Shown here piece after piece: positions 22,044 through 32,849 of a DNA stretch of 64,000 nt; position 1 is the first letter of the stretch, and each line of letters opens with the position of its first letter. Source of the stretch: an uncultured Acidobacteriota bacterium (lineage in GTDB: Bacteria; Acidobacteriota; Thermoanaerobaculia; Multivoradales; UBA5704). The stretch spans positions 5,216,001 to 5,280,000 of the forward strand of contig CAVYRF010000002.1 in assembly GCA_963770895.1 (NCBI GenBank), in the 5' to 3' direction. The notes under the pieces are model-generated. The model did no database searches. It saw nothing but the letters and a program-made list of their open reading frames with translations, and was not told the DNA's origin. Made by a program: the position numbers and the translations under genes.

Positions 22044-25000
22044 TCAGTGATCGAAACCGGTCCGCCGCCTCTCGGCTCCTTGGTCCACGATGCGGGCATC
22101 GCGCTCATAGGAATTCGCGAGGGAGTGGAGGATGGCAGCGGTTCGCGGCGAGCGGTCGAGAAAGAGCACGGCTTGTGCACGAAACGTAGCGGCGAGGGTC
22201 CGCTCCTGATCTCCCCCGTCGAACATGCCTCGGCTGGTGACACCGCGGCTGTTCAGGACGGCCGTTTTGAAGCCACTCTCCACGTCGCGACTTTGGAGCG
22301 TCTCGAGGAGATCGCGAACCTCCACGCAGGGCCACGCGCCGTCGGGGTCTGCAGGACAGCTGGCGAGCACCTGGCCGATGTGGATGTCGCCGACAGCGAG
22401 CCTCTGGAGGCGCTGCAAGTCGCGGCGACTCGCGGTAACCCAATCGACAAGAACCTGGCTGTCGAGAGCCCCGTCGTCTCGCTGACCTGGAAGGACACGC
22501 CACTTGGAGAGGAGCCGATAGGCGTTCCGGGCTAGGGCCTGCTGCTTCTCGGTTGGCTTGGCAGGCTCCAGTTCCTCGGGTGGCTCGCCTGTTCCCGAGG
22601 CCTCCTCGCGCTGGGGACGGTAAACGGTGGCCACGACTTCGACAAAAAAGCTTGGGTTTGCAGCGAGGTAGCGGCCCAGAGTCGATGTATTGGCATTGCG
22701 GCCGAGCGCTGACAGGTACGACCATTCAAGCTCGGCAAGCCGGTCTCTGGGAAACGTCGATGTCTCGAGGTAGTCGAAGAGCTGAGCGATTTCGTAGTGC
22801 GAGATAGCTTGGGCCTCGGGATCAGCTGGCGTCCGATCCAGCAACGCCGCAAGGCCTGCCGCTACGCTCTCGGCCGAGGTGAAGTCGGTGTTGTGGCGTA
22901 AGTAGAGGCTGATGATGTGCAGCGCTGACCCGGGTCGTCCTGCAGCGAGGAGCCTCGGCACGACGACGTCCAGATGGGCGAAATTGGAGCCGAGTCCAAA
23001 GATTTGAAAATGCTGCCAGAAGACACCTTCAACCTCGGCGCCCAGGCTCTCAGCGGCTTCCCAGGCGGCAGGGAAGTCATGGGTTGCTAATAACAGACGG
23101 CCTGATTGCTCGGGCGAGAGGCTACCTCCGTGCAAGAAGCTGTCGACCCAGGGCCAACCCTCGGTGCGGAAGCGCTCGTAGAGGTAGCTTGGGGCGAAGG
23201 TGGAACCCAGCGGATTGTCGGAGCCGAGTAGGGCGAGAAGCTGCGGGTCGTATCTGGTGACTTCGGCATGGGCGATTGCCCAGCCGAATATGGAAGGTTG
23301 GTGCCGATGTGATGCGAAAGTGTGGAGCTGTGGCCAGTCCGCTGCCGCAGCGATTTCCCGAACGGCCGCGATCCGCAATGTCTTGATCGCCGCGTCGTAG
23401 GCTTCCACGCCGTCGGCGTGGCGAACGTTGGGAATCTTCGGCATGGCCTGATCGAACAACCACGCAAATCGGTCGAACACCGCAATAGGCTCAAGACGCT
23501 GGACGATTCTCTCGAACTGAGAAACCTCATCCGAAGAGAGCGCCCAACTGCTGTCTGTGAACTCGCGGTGGCGAGCGACGATCGTCCGGAGCACTTCCCA
23601 AATTTGCTTCCTGCTCTCGGCGGCGAAATTCTCTTGGTCGGCCAGCGCGAGAAGCCGTGTCTTAATCTCTGCTCGCGTCTGGAAAGGAAGATTGGCGAGC
23701 TCTTCGATCAATGCGATCCATCGCTGCGGATCCGAGCCCACGTGCTCCATGAGGCGCACGCACGCCGCCTCGACTACTTGGGAGCGCTCGCTATCGGTGG
23801 GCTGGATCTGTTCTGGTTTCCAGGGGCGGAAGCGCGGAGCATAGGTGAGGTCGGCGAAATGGCCGCCACCGCAGCTGATCGCGAGCAGCAGCGGCCAGGC
23901 CACACTCTCGTGCCGCTGGCAAAGCGCATCGAGCGCTGCGATACGCCGATCCACGGTAACACTGTTCTGCGGATACCACGGGCGAAAGATGGCAATGAGA
24001 CTGGCCTGCGGCCGATTGAGGAGCTTGCCGCCGGGATCAATCTTAGCCAGACGGGCAAGTACGTCAACGGCTTGGCCGAAATCGACGGGCGACCAGGCGC
24101 AGACTTCGAGTGCCCAGAGGAGACCCGTGTGGGGAGAAGATGTCTGGTCCCGATCGGAGAACATGGCTTCCAGGACGGGCGGATCGCCGGTGAGGCCGGT
24201 AATGGCGGCCTCCAGGAGAACCGACGGCGCAGCCTCGGCGAGCAAGGGTAGAACGTCATGCAGGGATGCCCAGATCCGGCAGGTCGGATCCTGGTTCGCC
24301 GCCTCGAGGATTCGCCACACCGTATCCGCTGCCCAATCCCCGGCGGTTTGTGTCGTCCCGCTTATCGTGAGGCCGACCGAGTCTCCGAGCAGCGCCAATG
24401 TTACTGCAAATCCGTGCCGGAGCTCACCCGAATAGGGCGGAGTTTTACCGTAGACCTGCGCCAGCCATCGCTCGGCAGCGGGAAGGTCGAGCGCTGGGTC
24501 ACAGGCGCCGAAAACTCTGGCGGCGCTGGCCTGGAACACCTTGAGATCCTCGTTACGTAGGTCGCCTTTGAGCAGCCGCCAAGCATCGAAGGGGGAGACG
24601 AGGCCGACTGCTGGACCGAACCGTGCGAGGAGCGGGTCGCCCGGCGCTAGGAGAGCCCCTAAGCTCTCGGTAAGGGCGTCGTAGGTGTCCAGTCCGGTGA
24701 GGTCGGAAAGGACCGCCCGATCTTCGGTAGAGCTGTCAAGCCATCGGCCGGCGAGTAGAACCCGGCGAACCAGTCCGGGGACGGGGGGGCGGGCCCACTC
24801 CGGACGATACAGCTCCGGGTGGCTGGCGATGGAGCGCCGGGCCGCCTGCAGGTTGAGACGGGCCAGGGCAGCGACTTCGCCAGCGCGACCTTCTTCCAAG
24901 CCTGCGGCGATAAGCGCGTCCTGGGCTTTCTGCGCAGCGATCGGCGGTAGTTTGATCGTGAAAGGCCCGGAGTCGAGAGGCACCAGAAGATGGTGCTGCG

Positions 25001-25847
25001 AAGAAGAGCTGAGGTCGTCAGCGACCTCTTGGGTGGTCGGCACGAGGACGAGCGGGGCTGCGTGATCCCGCCATCGTCGCCACGCCGTGACGTCGTCGAG
25101 GAACGCGATCCTCGCGAGCAGCTGGCCGCGATCGACTCTTGACTTGCGGACACCCAGCGCGCTGATGAACGATAGGACATCGTCGCGGCTCGCTCCCTGT
25201 ATCGTGGTGATCTGGCCGGGCTTCGCGAGGCGCTCCTCGATTTCCTCCACTGCCTCATTGCGGCCGGCGAGAAGGGCGTCGGGCGGGAAGGCAGGAGAGG
25301 TTGCTTCGGACCACCGAGCCCACCAGGTTTCTGCCGGGACGAGGCCATGAGGGGACAGGCCAAGGAGCTCCGAGAGCCATACGTGGGTCACGGGCGCTGC
25401 CTCAAGCCATGTTTCGATGTCGTCGAGGCCGAAGGCGCGAACGGCCCGCCACCGACCTTCGGCTTCTTTTTCTCTGGCCCACGCGGCGCGGTCCTTCCAT
25501 CGCCGAAGGAGAGCTGCAACGTAGGTGCAGTCGCCTGTCGGTGTCCCGTCCGGGGTGGAGAGGCGCTTTGCATAGTCGAGGTCGGCTTTGCGCTTGACCG
25601 CCTTCTGCGTCGAAACCTCCCATAGGGAAAGGCCCGCCGGAATGAAGGCGGTGGCTTCGTTAGTCCGCACAGTGCCGTCCCAGCCTGCGTCGCCGACGCC
25701 CTCGCCAGCTGGAAAGCCCAAGCGCACTAAACCGCGCCCTGTTTCCAAAATCAGGCGACGGAGCAGCCTGGGGAAATCACCCCGCGCGGCGAGCGAGTCC
25801 GCCCACCGCAAGAGATCTGTCTGGTCGGCCAAGCCGAGTCTAGCCAT
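22044..25847 (-). CDS. 1267-aa protein: N-terminal restriction-endonuclease-like domain, possible degenerate NTPase, long helical region; putative anti-phage
   Basis: FPAGEGVGDAGWDG...GLSLWEVST..KADLDYAKR head; LLAGR...ITTIQGASRDD; tail NSRGVTSRGMFDGGDQER. Confidence 0.7.
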   Translation of the reverse strand: MARLGLADQTDLLRWADSLAARGDFPRLLRRLILETGRGLVRLGFPAGEGVGDAGWDGTVRTNEATAFIPAGLSLWEVSTQKAVKRKADLDYAKRLSTPDGTPTGDCTYVAALLRRWKDRAAWAREKEAEGRWRAVRAFGLDDIETWLEAAPVTHVWLSELLGLSPHGLVPAETWWARWSEATSPAFPPDALLAGRNEAVEEIEERLAKPGQITTIQGASRDDVLSFISALGVRKSRVDRGQLLARIAFLDDVTAWRRWRDHAAPLVLVPTTQEVADDLSSSSQHHLLVPLDSGPFTIKLPPIAAQKAQDALIAAGLEEGRAGEVAALARLNLQAARRSIASHPELYRPEWARPPVPGLVRRVLLAGRWLDSSTEDRAVLSDLTGLDTYDALTESLGALLAPGDPLLARFGPAVGLVSPFDAWRLLKGDLRNEDLKVFQASAARVFGACDPALDLPAAERWLAQVYGKTPPYSGELRHGFAVTLALLGDSVGLTISGTTQTAGDWAADTVWRILEAANQDPTCRIWASLHDVLPLLAEAAPSVLLEAAITGLTGDPPVLEAMFSDRDQTSSPHTGLLWALEVCAWSPVDFGQAVDVLARLAKIDPGGKLLNRPQASLIAIFRPWYPQNSVTVDRRIAALDALCQRHESVAWPLLLAISCGGGHFADLTYAPRFRPWKPEQIQPTDSERSQVVEAACVRLMEHVGSDPQRWIALIEELANLPFQTRAEIKTRLLALADQENFAAESRKQIWEVLRTIVARHREFTDSSWALSSDEVSQFERIVQRLEPIAVFDRFAWLFDQAMPKIPNVRHADGVEAYDAAIKTLRIAAVREIAAAADWPQLHTFASHRHQPSIFGWAIAHAEVTRYDPQLLALLGSDNPLGSTFAPSYLYERFRTEGWPWVDSFLHGGSLSPEQSGRLLLATHDFPAAWEAAESLGAEVEGVFWQHFQIFGLGSNFAHLDVVVPRLLAAGRPGSALHIISLYLRHNTDFTSAESVAAGLAALLDRTPADPEAQAISHYEIAQLFDYLETSTFPRDRLAELEWSYLSALGRNANTSTLGRYLAANPSFFVEVVATVYRPQREEASGTGEPPEELEPAKPTEKQQALARNAYRLLSKWRVLPGQRDDGALDSQVLVDWVTASRRDLQRLQRLAVGDIHIGQVLASCPADPDGAWPCVEVRDLLETLQSRDVESGFKTAVLNSRGVTSRGMFDGGDQERTLAATFRAQAVLFLDRSPRTAAILHSLANSYERDARIVDQGAERRRTGFDH

Positions 25848-26096
25848 GGGGGGTGGCCTTTGCAGGTGACGAACAATGGGTGAGGCCGGCGCGATCTGTC
25901 TCTGGCGAGAAAGGCGGCTCTTGGCTGCCGCTGCGCCTGGTTGGTGAGAACGGCACCGGCATGGCGGGACGATTCATCGCGAGAATTCTATCGAATGCGG
26001 TGCCATTGGGGCCATCATGCAAAGAGTAGCCGGCGCGATTTCGTCTCGGCAAGAGGTCTCTCTTTCATGTAACGCGAGCAAGGCTGCTGTGGCGGC

Positions 26097-26300
26097 TCAA
26101 CGGGGTAGGGCGTGGCTCCCGCCTAGGTTCGTGACGCGGACAGGCAGGGTTTTTGAGCGGAGGCGGATAGCCAGGTCGTTGGCTTCGGCAAGGGTCAAGG
26201 GGCCTTCAATGACAGCGGCGCGAACTGGGGCGCTGATGAAAGGCGCGGTGAGGATCTGGTCGTCGATCACAAACGCCACGCAGACTCGCCAGGGCGAGCG
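26097..26300 (-). pseudogene. SecD/SecDF P1-head fragment
   Basis: VAFVIDDQILTAPFISAPV..AVIEG.LTLAEANDLAIRLRSKTLPV resembles the SecD periplasmic segment; no plausible start. Confidence 0.55.
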
Positions 26301-26448
26301 AGGCATGCAGCAGGGGAGCTCACGCGGCACGTGGTTCGGGAGAACCGCCGCCTATCCTGGACCGGGTCACGCTGGAGGTGGCAGAAGCGGAGTGGGCGGC
26401 GAGCGATTGGGAGGACCTCGCTGCGGGCGGCGGCGCGCTTCCTCCGGG

Positions 26449-26538
26449 TTAGCTTCGACGGGCGCGCTTCGCAGCCCCCTGCGGCGGAGGCTCCGCCAGA
26501 CGCACCGAGGACTGCGCCAGCTCCAGCAGGCCCCGCAG
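26449..26538 (-). pseudogene. 3' fragment of BrnA-like antitoxin, duplicate of about 33294-33383
   Basis: LRGLLELAQSSVRLAEPPPQGAAKRARRS versus LRGLLELAQSSVRLPEPTPQGAAKRARRS. Confidence 0.75.
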
Positions 26539-26931
26539 GCCGGCCCCCACCGCAAGCTCGCGCCGCGCCTCTAAGGACGGTTCGGTGTCACCATCGAGGT
26601 GGGTCTGCCGTGTCTGACCTCGCCCGATTTTTCTGGGCGAGGAGGCGCTTTCGCAGTTCTTGGTACTCCCGACGCCCCTCGATCTGGCGTCGCAGCTCCG
26701 CATGATCCCGTGCACGCAGCGCCAGGTACTCCTCGACTTCGGAGCGGTGCCGAAGGTAGTAGGCGATGACGGTGTACACGTCCGGGAGCGAGACAGGCGG
26801 GTAGTCCTGCACGATCTCCTCGGCTGTCGCTCCGCGCCGGAACGCCCCAACGACGGTATCCAGCGTGAGGCGGGTGCCCTCAATGCGGATTGCCGAGCCG
26901 TTATCGGTGAAGACCAGCGGAACGGGATCTA

Positions 26932-28097
26932 GTGTAGTGCGTCACACAGATGGGACCTTATTCAGTCTGAGACGTGCTCTCTTGACCTTTTCGAGGATGT
27001 CAGCAGCCTTAGCCGTCCAGATGTAGGGTTTAGGATCAGAGTTGTGCCGCTCGATCGCCCCCAGAATCGCGGATTCGAGCTGGTCGACACTGCGGAACAC
27101 TCCACGGGAAATTTGCTTCTCGGTCAGGTGTCGGAAGAAGCGTTCGACCATGTTGAGCCAGGAGGCACTGGTCGGAGTGAAATGAAGGTGAAATCGCGGA
27201 TGCCGAGCGATCCAGCGTAGAACGACCGCGTGCTTGTGGGTGCCATAGTTGTCGGCGATCAGGTGGATTTGCTTGGCTGCGGGTGTCTCCCGATCGATTT
27301 GTTTGAGGAACTTCAACCACTCCTGGTGGCGGTGCCTCGGCATGCAGCTACCGATGACTTTACCGTCCAGCGTACTCAAGGCCGCGAATAACGTCGTGGT
27401 GCCATTGCGCTTGTAGTCGTGCGTCATCGTGCCGCAGCGGCCCTTCTTCATCGGCAGGCCGGGTTGAGTCCGATCAAGAGCCTGGATCTGGCTCTTCTCA
27501 TCGGCACACAAGACGAGGGCGTGCTCTGGCGGGTTGAGATAGAGCGCGATGACATCTTCCATTTTCTCGACAAAGCGTCGATCGTTGCTCAGCTTGAAGG
27601 TCCGCACCCGATGAGGCTTGAGGCCGTGCCGCTGCCAGACCCGGCGCACCGTCGAGGCGCTGACCCCGACCGCCTCGGCCATGCTCCGCGTGCTCCAATG
27701 AGTGCCGTCCTGCGGCGTCTCTTGCGTTGTCTTGCGCACGATCTTCCGTAGCAAGCCCTGGGACAGGCTCGGCAGGCGCCCACTTCGATGCGCGTCTTTC
27801 TCGATCCCGCTCAGGCCGAACTGGCAAAAGCGGCTCCGCCAACGTCCGACGGTATGCCGCATGATGCCAAGACTTTCGGCAATTTCCCGATTCTCCTTGC
27901 CCTCGGCGGCCAGCAAGACGATCTTCGCGCGCTGCACCAGACGCGTCGGCGTGCTGCGGCCTCGGGCATAGGCCTCCAACTGCCGCCTTTCCTCCGGCGA
28001 AACCAGAACCAACGGTGCGATCCGCATCGTCCCAATCCTCCCACAGGACGATACGTACGAACCGCATATAAGGATTCCTAATTAGGGCGCACTACAC
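26932..28097 (-). mobile_element. IS630-family element
   Basis: TIRs GTGTAGTGCG / CGCACTACAC; TA duplication within a CTAG target. Confidence 0.95.
26942..28027 (-). CDS. IS630 transposase
   Basis: [41 protein letters not shown]. Confidence 0.95.
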   Translation of the reverse strand: MRIAPLVLVSPEERRQLEAYARGRSTPTRLVQRAKIVLLAAEGKENREIAESLGIMRHTVGRWRSRFCQFGLSGIEKDAHRSGRLPSLSQGLLRKIVRKTTQETPQDGTHWSTRSMAEAVGVSASTVRRVWQRHGLKPHRVRTFKLSNDRRFVEKMEDVIALYLNPPEHALVLCADEKSQIQALDRTQPGLPMKKGRCGTMTHDYKRNGTTTLFAALSTLDGKVIGSCMPRHRHQEWLKFLKQIDRETPAAKQIHLIADNYGTHKHAVVLRWIARHPRFHLHFTPTSASWLNMVERFFRHLTEKQISRGVFRSVDQLESAILGAIERHNSDPKPYIWTAKAADILEKVKRARLRLNKVPSV

Positions 28098-28178
28098 TAG
28101 CAAAGCCGGGAGGTTCATCGGCGAAAGACTTTTAACCGTTGCCTAACAAGCGCATGCCGCTATGTCTTGGACTAGCGG

Positions 28179-29531
28179 TCACTCAAACTTCAATCGTTCA
28201 AGGCTATCAATGAAAGCATCCTTGGACTGGAAGTCATCGATATGGAGTAATAAATGAAGCATGAACTCCCAGGCTGCCTGCATAAAGCGGCCAACTGTCT
28301 CTAGGTCTGTCGCCGGCCTCCCATGGTGCACGAATGTTGAGCGTAGATCGTAGCCGGCCCGCATGAGACGCACCAGTTCTTGCCGCTCGTCAGCCGTTCG
28401 TCGAATAGCGAACGCGACACGCTCTGCAATGTTGCCACCTATTGGCTCACTTTGGTTCCGAAGGAGCATGGATTCCAAGCCTACCGTGACAAACAGCAGC
28501 TTCTCGGATGGGTCTCTCGTTATTGAATTGCGGGAATATGTCAGCAGGGCCGCCCGGACGGCCTCTTGAAACTGCGTGAGCGACTCAGCGGCCAAAAGAC
28601 GACTTAGGCGAGCGAACATTGGTTCCTCCGCCGCGATGACTTCGTTGGGCATAATCAACTGCGTCGGAGGAGGTGGCAACATTTTGCCGTTGCGCCCTGC
28701 GAATGTTCCGCCGGCATAGACGTAAGCATCGTAGCTGTCGATGTGCTCTGTCCCTAGAGGGCCACAGTAAAGGGCCATGTGTGGAGACGAGTTCGCCGGA
28801 TGAACAATGCGGAGTAGGGCGACCGCGTCTTCAGCTAGATCGAAGCACTCATCTACCGCAGAGTCCCGCTCTGCTTCGGTTTCAAGAACAACAGCCGTGA
28901 GCCCTTGCAGCTTTTGGCGCCGCGCGTTAAGAACTCGCCTAGTGTCTTCAAGGCGTTCAGGAGGTGAGTGTGCCAAGAAGGGCTCAAACCAGCTGTCTAA
29001 GATTTCTCTTGTAATAACCCGGAAAGTCACGGGGCCAAAATCTACATCAGCTTCCATTAGCAAGTTAGCGATGGGAATCCAGATGCTATGTACCGCAACT
29101 TTCTTTTTGCCTTGCTCGATGAGAAATCTGCTCAATTCGCCGTCGCCCCCCTTTGAGCGCACTTCAAGCCAGCCGACCACTAACGACTGAATAGTTGCGC
29201 GCGAAAGACCCCTGAGGTGCTTCCTAATCAATGCGGTAGCGCCTGAAAATGCTGCGTAGTCTGGGCCCACAATGCCAACCGGGCCGGAGGCGCCCTCGAA
29301 CACGATACTCGTCGGCTGGTTTGAGTAGAAGTCAATGTTCTGCATCCTGACCGTGCCAATGACGTTGGCTTCGGTGATGGTGTCTGTTGGCACCCGGTCA
29401 GGGTGAAACTGATACGGCCTTTCTGGCGGCTCCTTAAATGGTTTTATGAGAGTGATAAGGTGCGCGCCATGAGTATCAATGCTTGCCGCCGCACCGGGGT
29501 GTAGGCTTAGATGCGGCATAGAGAGTACCAA
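28179..29531 (-). CDS. ApeA-like HEPN domain protein, putative anti-phage RNase
   Basis: C-terminal GLESMLL...YDLRSTFVHHG (RxxxxH motif); lower GC than flanks. Confidence 0.7.
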   Translation of the reverse strand: MVLSMPHLSLHPGAAASIDTHGAHLITLIKPFKEPPERPYQFHPDRVPTDTITEANVIGTVRMQNIDFYSNQPTSIVFEGASGPVGIVGPDYAAFSGATALIRKHLRGLSRATIQSLVVGWLEVRSKGGDGELSRFLIEQGKKKVAVHSIWIPIANLLMEADVDFGPVTFRVITREILDSWFEPFLAHSPPERLEDTRRVLNARRQKLQGLTAVVLETEAERDSAVDECFDLAEDAVALLRIVHPANSSPHMALYCGPLGTEHIDSYDAYVYAGGTFAGRNGKMLPPPPTQLIMPNEVIAAEEPMFARLSRLLAAESLTQFQEAVRAALLTYSRNSITRDPSEKLLFVTVGLESMLLRNQSEPIGGNIAERVAFAIRRTADERQELVRLMRAGYDLRSTFVHHGRPATDLETVGRFMQAAWEFMLHLLLHIDDFQSKDAFIDSLERLKFE

Positions 29532-29537
29532 GAGTGG

Positions 29538-29933
29538 TTAGGGAGGTGAGACATAAATAGTTCTCCTTGACGATGGCGTGCAAATGCTACCACAAGAAAA
29601 GTTCATCCCTGCTCGATTCCGTTTCGCACTCGATTGAGGCCAGCCTGTAGCTGATGCCGGCGTCCACTCATAACTGTGAGCCGTTGTGCCGGCTACAGAG
29701 CAAATCTCTCCGCAATCTCTGTTTTGGCAGTGCAGAAGGCAAGCAAAGAACTTTGTAATCCATTCGGGGTCCCAGTCTCTTTCTCCGTGGCTCTCGCGCG
29801 AGTCACGCGTCTCTGCCGTCGCGAGGCTGTCCGGCTGGATGGACAGGGAATGGCGTCCACATCGCGGACAGGGCCACGGAGGGAAGCCCTCCTCGTCATA
29901 CAGTCCAATCCAAAGTATTTCTTCAATGGGCAT
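29538..29933 (-). pseudogene. N-terminal Zn-ribbon part of a DUF4145-type protein, probably truncated
   Basis: WPCPRCG...F.CLLHCQNRDCGE; no C-terminal HEPN-like region follows. Confidence 0.5.
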
Positions 29934-30191
29934 TGATGGTGTAATCTCCAGGCCCGCTCATCGGAGCGGCATTACAGAGTTCCAAGCAAGAGGCGGTCTC
30001 CGGTCCTGCGGCGATCCTGCGTTGGGGTCAATGATCGTTTCGCCAACAGCAGGCGTGTGCCGCGCGCCGCCGGTTCTCTGGAAGCTGCGTGCGCGTCCGC
30101 CGGGGGATCTCGCGGCTAGCTCTGACCTTGCCCATGCGTAGTCTGACCCCAGGCCGTCGTGCATGGGCTGTGGCTCCGCGGCCTGGATGTC

Positions 30192-31931
30192 TTAACTGCC
30201 TTCAACGCTGAGCGCCTTATGATGATGAATTACCGCTGCAAGATTTGTCAAGAGTGGTGCAAAACCGGTGAAATCGATCGTGCTGGCTTTCGGTCGAATG
30301 ACCTTTTGTGCGAAGATCGCCTTGCCGTAGTGTTTGGCTGTGTCGAGATCATTTCCGATATGGAAGGTCTTCCCTCCAATTGCGGTCTCCTTGATCGCCG
30401 CGTCGAAAAAATCCTCGATCATCGAGGCCGTTGACTCCCCAGCGAGGGGGGTTGCGACGGTGTACAAATTTTTCAGTACGTGGATGAACGGCTCCTTGCC
30501 GGTCCACGTAGTCTTGGAAACATTCTTGACCGCGTTCCTTATGCTTTTACTGCCCGAATCATTATCATGCAGAATAATGACCGGGTTCGTGAAGCCCGGT
30601 GCCCTGAATCGCTTGAGGGCATTCCTGTACGTTTCAATGAGTTTGGCTAGCATTGAAGCTCCGCCATCGCCAAGGCCAAGAAGTCGTGCCGTGCTCGACT
30701 GGGTGTACTTGAACAATCTCACCTTCAGCTTAATTTGACCGTTGGGCATTAACTCGGCCAAGTCTGGGAACTCCGTCGCGAGGCTCCGGATAGCGTGCGT
30801 AAGATAGACATTGTCCGTCTTGCCTTCGCAAATGATGACGGGGATCTCTGGCGCGTAAAATGTGCTGTAGAGCAAGAAGTCGCGATAAACCTTGTCTCTG
30901 GAGCTGCTGCTCTCCTGTGCGGGCTTAGGGTCAGATATCTGGTTATAGACTTCGATGTTGTCAATAAAGCCGAGCATGCCGTGGAGTTCGACGAGCGAAC
31001 CCGACCGCTTCTCCGCAACCGCAGGCTCTTTGTTATGTGTCACGTCTAAGATGTCGAACTTGCCAGTCGTCACAAGGCTGTGCACCATTGCGCGCACGTT
31101 GTGGCGATACTCCCAGCGCACGTTAACCTTGTCGTTGACAACGAGGCCGGTCACGTCTTGACGCGACGAGCGATACATGAGATTGGTCTTTGCGGCGTTG
31201 ATCTGGAATCCTGTGCGCTCAATTACTCGTTGCAGTGCTTCGCTCGCCAGCCAAATATGAGCTTCAGCGCCGTCAGCGCCTGCCTGCACCGCGATCTCGG
31301 CTGGAGGCACTCTCTTGTTGGTGGAAAAGGTTAGGTCGTCCGCGTATCGTGAGTAGGTGCAGCCGGCTTTAGACGCCAGAGCGACCAAGCGCATATCCAA
31401 AAGGTGTGCAATGAGATTGGAAATGATGGGTGAGCAGGGACTTCCTTGAGGTAGGGAGTTGTTGTGACATGCAATCTGCGCAATAACCGTGGCGACCTCC
31501 TCCCGAAGCGCGAAATCGCGATTCTTGAGCAGAAAGCCGCGGACTCTCCCGAAATTAATCGAAGGAAAGAAATCCTTCAGGTCAAGGTTGAAGACCCATC
31601 GGCGTTTTCGGTGTTGTCGGGCGTTGGTGATGATCGAACGTTTACGCTTGAAGCCATGTGCCGCCTGGTCTCTTCGCTGTGCGTCCTCGTTTATTTCGTC
31701 GGTGCAATCTTGCAGCAAATCAGATAGTTTTCGTTGTAGAAGCTTCAGTGGCTCTGAGGGTGCGCTGATTGTTCGTTGCCCACCGTTTCGTTTGGGAATC
31801 TGAAAAGTGGAGTACTTCGTCTCTTGTGGCTGCATGTACAAGATGTACGAGACAGACTTAGGCTTGAAGCCCAGCAGCTTCGCCACGTCGCTTAGCGATG
31901 TCGCTGCCTTTAAGGTGGCAAGTCTGGACAT
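30192..31931 (-). CDS. Retron Ec67-type (type I-C) reverse transcriptase-TOPRIM fusion
   Basis: NARQH (region X), LDLKDFFPSI, LPQGSPCSP, YSRYADD, VTGL (region Y); TOPRIM CEGKTD...DNDSG. Confidence 0.92.
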   Translation of the reverse strand: MSRLATLKAATSLSDVAKLLGFKPKSVSYILYMQPQETKYSTFQIPKRNGGQRTISAPSEPLKLLQRKLSDLLQDCTDEINEDAQRRDQAAHGFKRKRSIITNARQHRKRRWVFNLDLKDFFPSINFGRVRGFLLKNRDFALREEVATVIAQIACHNNSLPQGSPCSPIISNLIAHLLDMRLVALASKAGCTYSRYADDLTFSTNKRVPPAEIAVQAGADGAEAHIWLASEALQRVIERTGFQINAAKTNLMYRSSRQDVTGLVVNDKVNVRWEYRHNVRAMVHSLVTTGKFDILDVTHNKEPAVAEKRSGSLVELHGMLGFIDNIEVYNQISDPKPAQESSSSRDKVYRDFLLYSTFYAPEIPVIICEGKTDNVYLTHAIRSLATEFPDLAELMPNGQIKLKVRLFKYTQSSTARLLGLGDGGASMLAKLIETYRNALKRFRAPGFTNPVIILHDNDSGSKSIRNAVKNVSKTTWTGKEPFIHVLKNLYTVATPLAGESTASMIEDFFDAAIKETAIGGKTFHIGNDLDTAKHYGKAIFAQKVIRPKASTIDFTGFAPLLTNLAAVIHHHKALSVEGS

Positions 31932-31948
31932 AGATTGTGAGGAGCAAC

Positions 31949-32078
31949 GACTCACCGGTACTCTTATGCGTAGGCGTACTACGAACAGCAGAAGGCGCAG
32001 TTACCAGCTGAGGCCAGCATAGGCCCTCACATTTGTTTCATATGCCACGAAGCATGGCACAAAATCTGCCGGTGAGTC
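31949..32078 (-). ncRNA. Retron msr-msd ncRNA
   Basis: 10-bp inverted repeats GACTCACCGG / CCGGTGAGTC; GGCAGATTT after the 5' repeat as recalled for Ec67 msr; hairpins TGCCATG-CTT-CGTGGCA and GAGG(G)CC..GGCCTC; 17 bp upstream of the RT ATG. Confidence 0.85.
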
Positions 32079-32849
32079 TGGCCGGAACGCTATCACAGGA
32101 CGGGCGGAAGCGCTAGCGCGATCATCTCCGTCGCATGTGCGGGCGACTGCCTCTCCCCGGCCTCCGCCAGGGCTAGAGGGGAGCGTGGCCCGAGGCGCGG
32201 CTGTCGCGGTTCCGGAAGGATTTCGTTACTCTGACTATCCTCGGCGGCACGGGGACTGGCAAAACGCACGTTGCGGTGGCGGTCCTGAGGGAGGCTATGG
32301 AAAGTGGGGGCCGGAGCGCCGGTGTTACAACGAGCTGGTGATTCTTCTCCGCGACGGCGCTCAGGTGGAGAAATTCCGGGGTCTAGGCGCGCGCTGGCGA
32401 CATGTCGGTCAGCGACGCCAGTAAGCTCCCGCACGTCCTCTACACGGTTAGCCGCATGCTGGTCGCCCAGGATCTTGAAGAGCGAGTCGAAAAGCTGGAG
32501 CAGGCCGCCAACGGCCAGAGGAACGGAGGAGGGTAGGCCGCCTGGCTTCTCGTGTGCGGCGTCTGGAGGGAAGGCCCCGGCATCATTTTCAGTATGTGGT
32601 GAGATTCGAGGAAGACCCCTCGCACCCTGACGAAGGCCAGCCTTGGTGCTTTACGTATGTGGTGAGAGAGCTGGAGTGCCCTGGTGCCTCCCCTTTGGAG
32701 CGCCGTGGGCGCGACGGTCAGATTGTCGAGGCCGATGCCAGCGTCTCAGCCCGGTAGCGGCATGGGCACCGCCCGGATGGTGCTGGCGGATGCTAGCGGC
32801 GTGGCGCCTCTGGCGGGCCTGGCAGGCCGCCGCGGCTAGGCCGCCTCAG

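Larger units (their letters stand above)
26588..28118 (-). pseudogene. DUF433 protein interrupted by IS630; paralog of 33993-34349
   Basis: Removing the IS restores MNLPALLDPVPLVFTDNGSAIRIEGTRLTLD in frame. Confidence 0.85.

Noticed and set aside
32090-32840. Retron accessory gene upstream of the ncRNA
   Set aside because: Short overlapping ORFs without recognisable domains; this retron type already carries a fused effector.
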